Assembly (NCBI GenBank): GCA_951406725.2 | Contig: OX597819.1 | Span: 33,170,001-33,234,000 of the forward strand | DNA: 64,000 nucleotides | Reading direction: 5' to 3' | From: Octopus vulgaris | Taxonomy: Eukaryota | Shown here: piece after piece, positions 40,717-53,649 of the stretch | Numbering within the stretch: the first letter of the stretch is position 1 | Layout: each line of letters opens with the position of its first letter | The notes under the pieces: model-generated | What the model saw: the letters and a program-made list of their open reading frames with translations, nothing else | Databases searched by the model: none | Told to the model about the DNA's origin: nothing | Made by a program: the position numbers and the translations under genes

Positions 40717-41597
40717 TTTATATATCATCAGTCCTGTCTCTCACTACTCTATACTTACTCTGTTATCTGGAGTCTGATTTCCTCTTCTGCCAAGTAGTAA
40801 CCAGAACAAAAATGAGTTCAGTTCCTTTCCCAGCAAATCGAAGAATACTCCACCTCTGCGATACGAACATGCAACATCAAGAGATGAAAAATAGACTTTT
40901 TATCCACTGTGACGTCTCCACTACAAAGATTAAAATTTTTAGTTATACACACAGTTCTGGTTTTAAATACTAAAATACTGAGATCTGTCTTGTACGTTTA
41001 TTGTATTCAAAGCTTCCGAGGCTGGAATTCTTATAGTTGTTATTTTAACCTCCTACACCGTAAGGACTTACCAGTATTTACACTGAACTAAATGCTGCCA
41101 CAGGGATTTCTCTTTCTGCGATTCAAGATACAGGAATGACATTCCCACTGATCTCTGGCTGAATAACTCTCTACTGATAGAATCAAACGACACATCAAAC
41201 ACTTGTTATAATGGGATTTTTCTTCCTTTGCCTCGAGAGAAAAAAACACCAGTCACCATACTTTGATACATATTGTCTTCGCAGTTCTACAAGCCAGCCT
41301 TTCGGAGTTGAAACACTTTATACATTTTATTATTCATTTATTCATGAAACTGCGAAATTGGAATTACTGCTTGTGAGATTTGATTGTTTTCTAAATGTAT
41401 TTTAATATGTTTACGTTGTCGTAACACATCTAATAAGGATTATATTGTGATATTTTATGATCTAGTGAAGCCCACAGCTTTAAATTGCATTTTTATTCTG
41501 TTACAAGTTGGAGCAGTTAATATTAATATTAAGAGCTTTACTTTAAGGAACACTATGAGTTCATATTCTAAAGCCTCTTTTTAATCAATATTCATCA

Positions 41598-41608
41598 TCA
41601 TTATCATA

Positions 41609-41667
<59 letters not shown>

Positions 41668-41721
41668 TTGGTAGATAGACAATAAGAAGATCGCGATGCG
41701 ATTTGTAATCGATTATTATTA

Positions 41722-41792
<71 letters not shown>
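41598..41792. repeat. (ATT)n microsatellites
   Basis: Two tracts, direct reading. Confidence 0.97.
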
Positions 41793-42782
41793 GCAACTAT
41801 TATTTTTTTATTGCAACTTTATATTATGGTCAGGAAATTTCGCTTCATTTGGGAAATATGTATACGTTGCAATTTTCCAGGTATATTTTATGCCTAAGTG
41901 GGAAACCATTCGTAGCAAGTGTATATAATAACGATAAAATCTAATATTAAATCTCACGCGAAAATTGCATACAGAAATTGTTAGTTAGGCTTCAAGGAAG
42001 TTTGACTGCTCTTTCTAGCCGGTCAAGAGATAGTAATGCATCACTGTCGGTTTATTTTTCATAACAAGAAAGCGATTACGAACACATATTTATTCGTTAG
42101 CAAGCATGAAAGTACTCATAGTGGTGGACTTATAGAAATGTGGTAAACCCTAACCTCTCTAGACATTAACAACCTCTAATTTCAAAGACATGGTTCAATC
42201 TTGTAATTTCATTTTGGTCCAACCTTTTGAATCATTCATTTCGAAATTTCTGGTTTCTGGTTTATTTTATCGTTTCTTTCTTTTTCTTTCTTGTTTGCCA
42301 CTAGTTGTTTTCAAGTATAGCAATAAATACTCGTCGAGGCAACACTCCCTTCGTGATTTTTCCTACATTGATAAATAAATAGAAGATCGATAATTGAAGA
42401 AAATCAAGAATTGTTAATTTGTCAGAAAATTTAATAAAAAAAAAACATCGGTAAGAATAATCACTTTAAAATTTACCAATTAGATATTGATTCGTTCGAG
42501 ATATTCAGAAAAAAAATGTGTTATTTGTTATTTAACTTAATTGAATGGCGAAAAATGTAGGGAAACGATTTAGAAGGTTGAAGGCTGTGATTTAGTTTTG
42601 AGTCAACTTATCAGAAAACTCATTACTTCCAAGAAAAAGGCCAATAATGTTTGTCTATGCCAACCGTCTTAGACTATGCTGTTAACGCTCCCAGCCTGTT
42701 TTCCATACATGTATACATCTAAATATATTGATACATACACCGAAAGCATATGCACACACACACGCGCATATATATATATATA

Positions 42783-43290
42783 TCTATATATATAAAAGTT
42801 GTGTGAGTGTCTGTCCCCTTCGATTTAGATTCCTAACTCCTCCCACATTTTGCGGTGCAGTTTAACCAAATTCGGGTATCTTATATTCGTGATTCATATC
42901 GAGCCCGTCTGAGTATTAGCGCGCGTCTACGATGAGTCTACGATTTTAAAAATAATTTAACATAATTTTTTATTCCATTTTAATGCATAATTTTTCGTGT
43001 GTCGATGGCGGCGGAGTTGGCGTCCATGGTCACACCTGCACCTGTTTGCTTCTCCCCCTTCTTCCCTCCCTCGTGAAGCTGTGGAGAAGGGAGTGTAAGG
43101 AAATCAACGTCGTAAAGCGTTGTCAAGGAGACCAGCGTTCTTTTAGAACAACGACTTCATGGCTTGAAGACACCAAAACAGAAATGGCTAAGAAAGCCCG
43201 AATTGGCATCTATAAGGGAAGTAACTCTCTAAAAATGCTTATATAGTTATTTCCCTTACAAACCCGAGCAACGCCGAGCGATACTGCTAG
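42783..43290 (+). mobile_element. Non-autonomous Helitron (about 510 bp)
   Basis: 5' a|TCtatatatataaaag; 3' cccgagcaacgccgagcgatactgCTAG|t; inserted between A and T, no TSD. Confidence 0.8.
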
Positions 43291-44265
43291 TATATATATA
43301 TATATATGTGTGTGGGGAGAGGGAGAAAGTGAGAGAGAGAGAGGGGTAAATATTTTTACAGCTCTTGGAAGAAAGACCAGGTCAAACGTTTAAAGGTTAC
43401 GGGGGAGTGGAACATATATAACGTATGGCGAAAGAACAAGAGAAATTACTGGATAGTGTGGTTAGGGAATTGGTGAAGGTTGCTACTACAGAAAACTATG
43501 ATTTGTAATCCTAAGGACAGAGAAAGGCAATAGGACAAAATATGTCCGTGGGCTTAGGAGTTGTAGAGTATATTTAAGCGGAGGTTTAACTATGTAGAAT
43601 TTGCATATTTATAGTAACTATATCGTCCCAAACATGTGAGCAATATGGATCGCATTTACGATTTGTGGAGGGTCTATAATTCATGAAGATTGAAGTATTA
43701 CTACCTCTTAAGAAGAAAGATAGCCTTGAAGGTGCAGTTTTGACTATAGATGTTAGGTTTCATTAAATGTCATAAAGTGTTACGAAGCTGAGCATTTAAA
43801 AGATTTGTGAAAAGTTTGTGTATTGTGCATGTTTCTTAGCTGTTTTTAAGAAGTACTTAGTGGGACTGTTGAAGTAGATTAGGTTTTCATGTACTCATTA
43901 GGTTATGGTTTCTTGGCTTTTATTTATAAAAGCGATGTATGCCTTATGTGAGGATCTAGATTGTATCTTTTTATCTTCACCGATTACATACTGCAACTGA
44001 TTGATTTGTGAGGAATCTTCATTTCTCGAAGGTATGAAAGGGATAGACAGTGAGAGTAGAGCCTACAAGAATTTAGAATCTTGTGACATAGACGCTCCGA
44101 GGATTTTCAGATACGAATGAAAGCAAACGATACTTTTTGACAAGGTTTGAAAAAACAGAAACCGTAAGTGTGCAATTATTAGAGCCCTTGTATTTCTGGT
44201 TCTATGGGAACGAATTTTGTTCCCATAGAAAGAAAAATACGACAGTTTCTACCACATTTGAGAGA

Positions 44266-44478
44266 TTGGTTTCAAATTTCGGCACAAAGTTAGCAATTTG
44301 GGGGGGAGGATGGAGTTAGTCGATTATAGTGATCTCAGTGCCTATCTGGAACTTATTGTATCGATCCATGAAGGATTAAAGGCAAAGTCGGTAAAATTTA
44401 AACTCAGAACATGAAGACGGACGAAATGCCGCTAAGCTTTTTTCCCGGTGTGCTAACAATCCTGTCAGCACGTCTCCT
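44266..44478 (-). mobile_element. Nin/Deu-domain SINE (tail type 1)
   Basis: tggtttcaaatttcggcacaa tail; ggcaaagtcg; aactcagaac...gacgaaatgccgctaagc head. Confidence 0.8.
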
Positions 44479-45585
44479 TTCATCTTTGAGATGTTGAAAG
44501 TGAGATTGTTATGATGATAGCAATGAACCAACCCGGCTGAAACCACTTCGGGCCCTGTTGGTCAAATGTCTGGTTATCATTAATTTTAAATTAAAATGAT
44601 CCACCAAACCTTAGTCACAGTTTATGTACTTAACACTAGTTGAATGAGAACTAAGTTATTTTACTAAATTCTTTGTTACATTTGAAATTAACTGAAAGAA
44701 ACACAGAGCATTTCAAAATAAATACTGCAACAAAAGGGTTAAGGACACTGGCAGTTAGAGGAATGGGTTATCCTCTAGTGTATGTCGAAATAACGGAGTA
44801 GATTTCAGTAAATAAAGATAGATTGGAGATTTTGTAAATATAGCAGCTGAGTTTTGGATGAAACTGTTTGGAAGAAATGACGGAAACTCCGCCGTGACTG
44901 GTCATCTGAAGAGACTGGTGACATTCTGAGATACTGTGTGTATGGAATGTGTATGCAGGGCAGATGGGTCGAAGAGGTCAATGTGGGAGTTTTGTTTGTT
45001 TTTGTTGTTATTGTATGCGTGTGTGTGTGTGAATGTATGCTGAGTAAAAGTGAAAGCATGGCATATTCCTTGTACACGAGTGCTGCTCTTTAGAAAGGCA
45101 CGAATGTCATGTAATCATATTTCTCCTTTCATTAAAAATGCAATTTCTTTGAGTCGAGTCAAGACAAAACTAATATCTAATTTAAGAGAATAATAATTAT
45201 TAACATTTCCAATTATATAAATTAAGTATGAATATTAAAGTTGTTATCTTTATCTTCTTCTCGAACGGAATGCTAAATTTATTGTATGCTTCACTATCGC
45301 CACATTCTCATTATTGTTGTTATATAAGCGAACGGACGTCTACGCCAGAGTTTCGCAAAGAAATTATTTAACTGGATTATTCTATGGGGAAAATGTTGTT
45401 TTGTTTTTTTCCTAGTTTAGTAATGGAAGGCTTTCAGATTGTTTGAGGTTCCAACTCATTATCAGGAGTAGAAAAGGTTTTGTATTTAGAAATTTATAGA
45501 TGCATATAAATTATAAGTATAAAGCTTTTTATGTTGTTACCCATGGTTTCAAATACACTTTGAAGTAGCAGGGAAAGGTACTTAC

Positions 45586-45873
45586 CACGATCCTTGCAAC
45601 AATAGTCTCGATTAAGTAAATCAACATAATCGAAAGTAATACAGCTATCTAATGTAAAACACAAAAAATAATTTAGAAGACATTAATGATATAGAAAACG
45701 GTGCGAACAACAACAACAACAACACCAAAAACAACCACGTTCATTCTTTTCCTCCAGACGCTGCAAGCCAAAAGAAGCGATTCAACTTGAAACCAGGTCA
45801 AAAAAAAAAAAAAAAGCAATCGACGAATTATTTCGAAAAAGGCAGTGCCTCCGTTCCTGACGGACTTATATAG
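45586..45873 (-). promoter_or_regulatory. Candidate TATA promoter and first exon of a minus-strand gene
   Basis: CTATATAAG at 45873-45865 followed by a GC/CpG-richer spacer; donor GTG|gtaagt at 45586/45585; unique sequence. Confidence 0.4.
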
Positions 45874-46606
45874 GAGAGAATGAATGAAGGTGGCATAGCT
45901 TTGTTTGTCCTTGAAATAGTAGTTCGAGGAGCAAGCCTTGTCCACTGCATAGCAAAATGTGGGCTTTCTTGGATGAGACACGTATGATTGGGTTTTAAAG
46001 CCAAAATGCATACAATAAGACGGGTGGAACTAGTATTTTTTTTTACTTGCTTACCCGCAGGTTGATGCCAGATTACACGAGTCAAACTATATGAAAACTA
46101 TGAGGCTCGCGGTCAGATTTATCAGTACAGATCTTGGACTTCAGTTCATCATCATTTTTGTAGCACAGTTAGGATATGTGGTAAGTATGGAGAGGATCTC
46201 CAACAACATAGGGTCTGTAGAGTTTGCATGAGTAACAAGATTCTGATGAGCAAGAATAACCAAAATGTTATCCCGGGACTGTATCCCATAGTGGAATTGT
46301 AGAGGGAAAATCAGACTGGTTGTGCAGTGTAAAAGGCGTAATTGCAACACATGTGATAGGAAAAGCCCACTTGAGGCCCTTTTTTTCCAGCAGAAGAGAC
46401 AACAAAAGATAAGGAAGAGGAAGAGGGCAGAAGAGAGTAGTAGAAGTCGTAGCAACAACCCCAAAGGTGAAGAAAATGGCTTTTGCTATTTCTATTTTCA
46501 GAGTACCATCGGCCGCGTATCAATGCATAATCAGCATAGGAACCACATTATCTTCTTTCATCAATAGGAAGGCGATAGAGACAAGAGAAAGGTGGGAGAC
46601 TGTCAG

Positions 46607-46784
46607 GAAAATTCTAACTGGGCCCCACCTGCAAGGTCATGTGCTGTTTATCTTGATATGAGATCATCATGTCGCGCACATAGGTTGTGATGCATGTGCC
46701 TTGTGTACCCTTATCAGATGGGTATACTGGGCTTCGTATATTTTACCCCAGTGTCACTTTGAGGCATGCACTGCTCTATCACTC
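46607..46784 (+). mobile_element. 5'-truncated copy of an (AAT)n-associated short retroelement
   Basis: Inverse match to 46870-47062; ends ...cactc followed by (AAT)n. Confidence 0.8.
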
Positions 46785-46847
<63 letters not shown>

Positions 46848-46869
46848 TATTATTATTATTATTATTATT

Positions 46870-47203
46870 GAGTGAGAGAGCAGTTCATGCCATCAAAGTG
46901 ACACTGGGGTAAAATATACGAAGCCCAATATACCCATCATGACTACCCGCCTGATAAGGGTACGCCAGGCACATGCATCACAACCATATGTGCGCGATAT
47001 GGTGATCTCATATCAAGATAAACAGCGCATGACCTTGCAGGTGGGGCCCAGTTAGAATTTTCTTCAGGTTGAGTAGCCCATCCCGCTCAAACGGTCCCTA
47101 AATAAGGGTTGTTTAAGGATGTTGAAAGAACCACCCATGTTTCCAGAGGTGAACTATTCAAACCCCTAAGAATCCCTCTTAACACATGGCTATGATGCTC
47201 CCC

Positions 47204-47204
<1 letters not shown>
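46870..47204 (-). mobile_element. About 335-bp retroelement inserted within (AAT)n
   Basis: Flanked on both sides by (ATT)n; no tRNA head recognised. Confidence 0.8.
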
Positions 47205-47272
<68 letters not shown>

Positions 47273-47311
47273 TACTATTATTATTATTACTATTACTTTT
47301 ACTATTATTGC

Positions 47312-47368
<57 letters not shown>

Positions 47369-48008
47369 TAAAGTAATACCTATTGGTATTTAGTTGCGTC
47401 CCTCTATGTCCTGTATTGAAATTCTACTCGAGTGGAATTTAGCATTTATTCTCCGAAGTTGATAGGATGTCTACCAGTCGTATACTGAGGTTAATTGTAT
47501 ATAATGGTATGGACGATTTTAAAGTTTATTCAGCTACTCATTTAATATTCTGTTAATTAATAATACGCTATTAATTTATTATATGTCCCGTTCACACCGG
47601 AAATGATAAATTGATCTAACTACCAAAACCATTTGCGATTCTAATCGAGCAAATTAGTCACTTAATTTACATTTAGAAGTATGTCTCTCTTGAGAATTGC
47701 TAAACTGAAGAAAATGGGAAAATGTGAGACGTCTGGAAATATTACATAAAATTTATTTTATGAAAAGTATTAAGAAAAACTGACTGAATAGCAAAAACAA
47801 AAAACAACAAAAAAAAAGGCATTAAACAACATGGAAGAATTTCTTTATTGCTTTAGTAGGTTTCTCTTATTCTCAATGAATGAAATAAGCAGATTGCATT
47901 TGGTCACATGTTCTTATCTATGTGTATCGTTACCACATACACGCACACGCACGTGCATACACATATACGCACACACTCTATCTCTCTCTCACACATACAC
48001 ACGCACAA

Positions 48009-48041
<33 letters not shown>

Positions 48042-48260
48042 TATACATGCACGCGCGCACACATTTACACTTGCCAGACAGATCGTTTGGTAAGAAACCT
48101 AAAGAATAAATCTTATCTAACATACTCGTTATCTGAAACAGACAGATGACAATAATTGCCTTTAAACCCTCTGGAATGACTGTCGAAGCTTTTTGTTAAC
48201 TGTTGCCGGTTAAAAAGATAACTGCCAATGTAGAATGAATGACGAAGAAGAAAAATAAAT

Positions 48261-48418
48261 ATGGCTGTGTGATAAGAAGCTTGCTTCCCAGCAACATGGT
48301 TCTGGGTTCAGTCCTGTTGCGTGGCACCTTGAGCGCAAGTGTCTTCTACTATAGCCTCGGTGCTGACCAAAGCCTTGTGAGTGTATTTGGCAGACGGAAA
48401 CTGAAAGGAGCCAGTCGT
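48261..48418 (+). mobile_element. SINE family A, 5' half
   Basis: tggctgtgtgataagaagcttgc...gggttcagtcc...gacggaaactgaaagg. Confidence 0.8.
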
Positions 48419-48824
48419 ATATATATATATATATATATATATTGTATAGAGGGCATTATTACACATAAATGCCACATGCTAGGAGGGACTTTCAAAGTCA
48501 TTACTACCAAAAATAAACGAATCGTACCGAATACAGCTCTCGAAGCAAGACATTTAGAAACAGAATTTAGCTCCAGATCACCTGTGATTTCGCAATTAAC
48601 GTATTATCTACGTTTTTTGTTCATCAGTGAAACATATTCAGAACACATCAAAAATAAACAAAACCAACATACCTCGCGGAACCGAACAGACAACTGTCGC
48701 CTCCATCGTAGCACATGGAAATGTTTATTCATCATATATTCATGTAAATGGCGGGCTTTTTCGAACTGCATTTCGTTAAGAAACATGTTTCTTCGGAACA
48801 AATTTATATATATATATATATATA

Positions 48825-50088
48825 TTGAGGAATAATTAATGAGGATTTTTTAAATTTAAAAATGCACGCTGAAATAAAACGCATTGGCAGAATGTTTTAT
48901 GTTATTTAAAAGAGAAATATTGTGTTCTACAACATAGTGTGCTTTGATTTTTAAATTTTATTGATTTTTGTGAATTTTCAGATCATTAAAAATGGAATGT
49001 CAAGTGGACAAAACAGCATTTTCAACACCATTTGCTTTTTGCATTTAATCAAGGTGTTAAGGCCGCCGAAGCTACTCGTAAGATTTGTGCTATGTGTGGA
49101 GAAAGAGCAATGCCTAAAAGTATCACCCGCCGTTGGTTTTCACGCTTTAAAAATGGGAATTTTAATATCAAGGATGGATCACACACGGGTCAACCAACTA
49201 AGTTCGATGATGTGCGATTGAATCAACTTCTTCAGGAAAATCCACGTCAAATGACCACACAATCGGCGGAGCAGATAGATTGTGATAAATAAAAACTGTG
49301 ATGAACCACCTTCACTCAATGGGCAAGGTTCAGAAACTCGACGCTTGGGTGCCACACACTTTGAGCGAAAACAACAAAAATCAACGCTCCACAATCGCCG
49401 CCAATTTGCTCGCTCGACATCGCTCAACAGATGGTTACAAACAACGTTTTTTTTTTTACCGCATTGTCACGGGCAATGAAAATTGGCTCCTTTACGCCAA
49501 TATAAAGCAGCGACAAACAAGCGGCTCCGCGAGCAAAACAAGACCTTCATCCTCGAAAGACCATGTTGTGTGTATGGTGGGCCTGAGAAGGCATAATTCA
49601 TTACGAACTGCTTGAGTGCAACCAAACACTCAACGCGGAGCTCTGCCTTCAACGACTGCACCGACTCAACGAACCAATTCAGCAAAAAAGACCGAATCGG
49701 CGAAATGGCGTTCTTTCGCAACACGACAACGCCCAACCTCACATCGTTAATATGACCAAAGCCGCGAATCAAGAACTCGAATGGGAAGTGCTGCCTCATC
49801 CTCCAAACGCTCCAGACTTGGCGCCGTCAGATTTTCAGCTCTTTCGATCACTTTCGAACGCTTTGCGTGGTATATCGTTCGATAATGATGTGGAATTGAG
49901 GGCTTGGTTGGACGAATTCTGAGTTAAGACCAGGAGATTTCTATCGCCGAGGCATCAAAACAACCTATTGAACGATGGGATGAAGCTGTAAACAACAACG
50001 GAGAGGACATTATTGATCAATTTTTTTGTAGTTTTCTTCATGTTTGAAATAAACTTAAAAAAATGCTCACGAATTATTTCTCAACCGA
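48825..50088 (+). mobile_element. Mariner (DD34D) transposon, defective
   Basis: Eroded left TIR ttgaggaataattaatgaggattttt versus right aaaaatgctcacgaattatttctcaaccga|ta; ATG about 48992; WVPHTL, IVTGNENW, QHDNAQPH, APDLAPSDF; frameshifted. Confidence 0.93.
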
Positions 50089-50131
50089 TATATATAATCA
50101 GATTGTAAAATTGCGAATCAGCCACCCATGT

Positions 50132-50188
<57 letters not shown>

Positions 50189-50261
50189 ATGTATGTATGT
50201 ATGTATGTATGTATGTATATATATATATATATATATGCGTGTCTTTATGTCTGTATTTACG

Positions 50262-50432
50262 CTCTCCCCAGCGCTTCATAATCGGTGTTAGTGTGTTCGC
50301 GTCCCTTTAACTTAGAACTGATAGAATAAGTAGCAGGCTTTAAAAAATAAGCACTGGGGTCGATTCATTAGACTAAAAATTCAAGGCGATGCCACAGCAT
50401 GGCCTTAGTCAAATGACTGAAACAAGTGGGAA
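50262..50432 (+). mobile_element. SINE family A, 3' fragment
   Basis: gatagaataagta...ggggtcgatt...cagcatggcc...agtcaaatgactgaaacaagt. Confidence 0.75.
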
Positions 50433-50743
50433 AAAATGATCTTATATCTATCTGAATTAAAACGGGGTATCAGAAGCATTCCGCATGTATTACCATACGT
50501 GTTCACCAAGGTATCAACCAATGATAACCACTACAACGACAACCACCGCCACCACTACATACGACAAAAGATAGTAAAGTCAACGAAAGATCGTTTATGT
50601 GATCGCTTCCAGCTAACATCAGTGGAATCATCTTCAAATCGCACTCTACCATTGGGCAACGCCATGCTAGATTTACAGAGAAAATAGTGACGACTGATTG
50701 CCTTTAATAATTTGACCTGGGATTAAATAACCCTTTGTATTAA

Positions 50744-51147
50744 TGGCACAAGATCTAAAATTTGGGGGCGTGGGACTAGTTGATTACATTGACCCCAGTG
50801 TTTTACTGGTACTTAATTTATTGACCCCGAAAGGATCAAAGACAAAGTCGGCCTCGGCGGAATTGGAACTCAGAATGTTGCGACGGACGAAATATTGCTA
50901 AGCATTTCGTGAACGTGCTAACGATTCTGCCATCTCGGTGCCTTACAGGTACAAGGCCTGAAATTTTAGGGAAGGGTACTAGTCGATTGCATCGATCCCA
51001 GTGTTTCACTGGTTCTTAATTTATCGATTCCGAAAGGATGAAAGACAAAGTCGACCTCGGCAGAAGTTGAACTCATAAACGTAAAGACGGACGAAATGTC
51101 ACTAAGCATGTCGCCCGGCATGCTAACTATTCTGCCAGCTTGTCCCT
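50744..51147 (-). mobile_element. Two tandem Nin/Deu-domain SINEs (tail type 1)
   Basis: Copies at about 50744-50944 and 50948-51147. Confidence 0.85.
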
Positions 51148-51527
51148 TTTCTTTGGGATTAAAAAATAACATGTATTAACAGCAAGTAAACTGAAATTCT
51201 AAGCTGTTGACGACGACACCTCAACAAGTTCCCTTTAAATGAGTGAGATCAATATATTTAAAAGCGAAATATAAATATAATATATACACACATCAGAAAG
51301 GATGGCCACAGAAAAATAATGGCGCCTCTATCGCATTATTCTAATCGAGAACAAATTGCATTATTTGCATTTTGTTACGCATTAAAGGCAGAATATTTTA
51401 CGAGATAATTTATTCATATTTTAGGTAATATGTATCCCTTTCTCTTTCTCTCTGTTTCTATCTTTCTCTTTCCTTATCTCTCTCTCTCTCTCTCTCACAC
51501 ACTGACACACGCATAAAAGTGTGTGTG

Positions 51528-51581
<54 letters not shown>

Positions 51582-51583
<2 letters not shown>

Positions 51584-51752
51584 CGCAGGAGTGGCTGTGT
51601 GGTAAGTAGCTCGCTAACCAACCACATGGTTCTGGGTTCAGTCCCACTGCGTGGCATCTTGGGCAAGTGTCTTCTGCTATAGCCCCGGGCCGACCAATGC
51701 CTTTTGAGTGGATTTGGTAGACGGAAACTGAAAGAAGCCTGTCGTATATATG

Positions 51753-51783
<31 letters not shown>

Positions 51784-51998
51784 GTGTTTGTGTGTCTGTG
51801 TTTGTTCCCCTAGCATTGCTTGACAACCGATGCTGGTGTGTTTACGTCCCCGTCACTTAGCGGTTCGGCAAAAAGAGACCGATAGAATAAGTACTAGGCT
51901 TACAAAAAGAATAAGTCCCGGGGTCGAGTTGCTCGACTAAAAGGCGGTGCTCCAGCATGGCCGCAGTCAAATGACTGAAACAAGTAAAGGAGAAAGGA
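51582..51998 (+). mobile_element. SINE family A, young full-length copy
   Basis: Near-identical to 9140-9557; inserted in a TA tract. Confidence 0.92.
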
Positions 51999-52018
51999 GA
52001 TATATGTGTGTGTGTGTA

Positions 52019-52055
<37 letters not shown>

Positions 52056-52121
52056 CATATACACACATATATGTATATATATATTTATATAAATATATAT
52101 ATATATGTATATATACATATA

Positions 52122-52162
<41 letters not shown>

Positions 52163-52164
52163 GT

Positions 52165-52231
<67 letters not shown>

Positions 52232-52234
<3 letters not shown>

Positions 52235-53273
52235 GCTGCGATGGGTATATTTTTAGTTTCGTGCATTGTTTGTTTTTGTCGACTTCACAGTGTCGAAAGG
52301 TCAGTTGGGCACCGTCTGTGAGGAAAACAGCACCATGACGCAATTGACTCTGAGGGAAATTTGGAAACGATATGCTGTAATGCTTGGCATTCGCGCCGGA
52401 AGCCCCAGTACGAACATTTCAAAGTGTTTGGCTGTCAATCTAAGGACAATGCAGAGGATTCAGAAAGAGTTGGGATGAGTTTAATAGTGATTACGAAGTA
52501 CGGCAGCTCGGAAATCTCGCTCTGATCGTTCTGATAAGAAAAACATCTCCTGAATTTGTTGGTGAAATCCAGGCCATGATTGACATCGATCCCTTCAAGT
52601 CAATCAGGTCCATCGCCAGAGGCATGGGAGTGTCTCAGTTTCTTATCCGGTAGGTAGTGCATGAAGACAGTCGGTATTCCTCATATAAGCTGCGAAAAGG
52701 GTACTTTTTATCCGAAGCCATCAGGGACACGAGGAAAAGACTGCTACGAAGCTTTTGAACAAACTCAAACGTCCCCTCCAACAGAACATGTTTTGATTTT
52801 TCCCAGACGAGAAAATGTTCTGCCAGGATCACAGAGGGTGGATGCTGGAAGACCCTATGTTTGGCAATAGGACTCTGCACCATGCCACACAAGTAGGAGA
52901 ACCCAGTCATGGCTTTCAGGCAATTTCTACGACCACATCACCCCTAACTTCTGGCCACCTAACTCCCCAGACTGCAACCCCTTTGATTATTATGTATGGG
53001 GTATAGTTGAGCGATAGACCAACAAAACTCCTTGTAACACCAAAGATGAACAGAAGCATTCACCAACTTAACCAAGGAGACCATCCAGAAGAGTTGTAGG
53101 AGATTCCGAAGTCGTCTGGAGGCTGTGGTTGAAACCAATGGAGATTTTATTGAATAAATTTAGTCTTTAGAGATATTTTTTATGTAATTTTGCTAAATAT
53201 ATCTGTTAAAATGTGATGTCAGTGTTATTTTCATATTTGCATAATTTAGACGTCAATTTATTCACCGCACCGA
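52232..53273 (+). mobile_element. Tc1/mariner-superfamily DD37D (maT-type) transposon, internally deleted
   Basis: Termini ta|caggctgcgatgggtat and atttattcaccgcacc; SIRSIARGMGVS (HTH), FPDEK, DSAPCH...WPPNSPDCNPFDY with 37 residues between the 2nd and 3rd D; ends NGDFIE*. Confidence 0.88.
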
Positions 53274-53471
53274 TTTGGAAACGTCTAATGCGTTTGGTAT
53301 ATTACAGACAGGAAAGTAGTCGCCTGCTGCTAGCAGCTTTTCCTGTCTTATAAAGGGTAAATAGACAATTTTTCTCTGCTGTCCTTACAACTTTACTATG
53401 TTAGAAATTTACTTTCTTGTCTCTAATATCTAATATGCACGTTTATATGTGTATATATATATATATATGTA

Positions 53472-53525
<54 letters not shown>

Positions 53526-53649
53526 CATACATACATACATACATACATACATACATACATACATACATACATACATACATACATACATACATAAAGAAGA
53601 CGTCACAATTAAGAAAACATTACTATTAAGAAAGCTCCCTCCGAAGAAG

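Noticed and set aside
48525-48635. CUGAUGA...GAGAGCUGUA hammerhead-like motif on the minus strand
   Set aside because: GAAA is missing and helix I does not close; at most a decayed relic.
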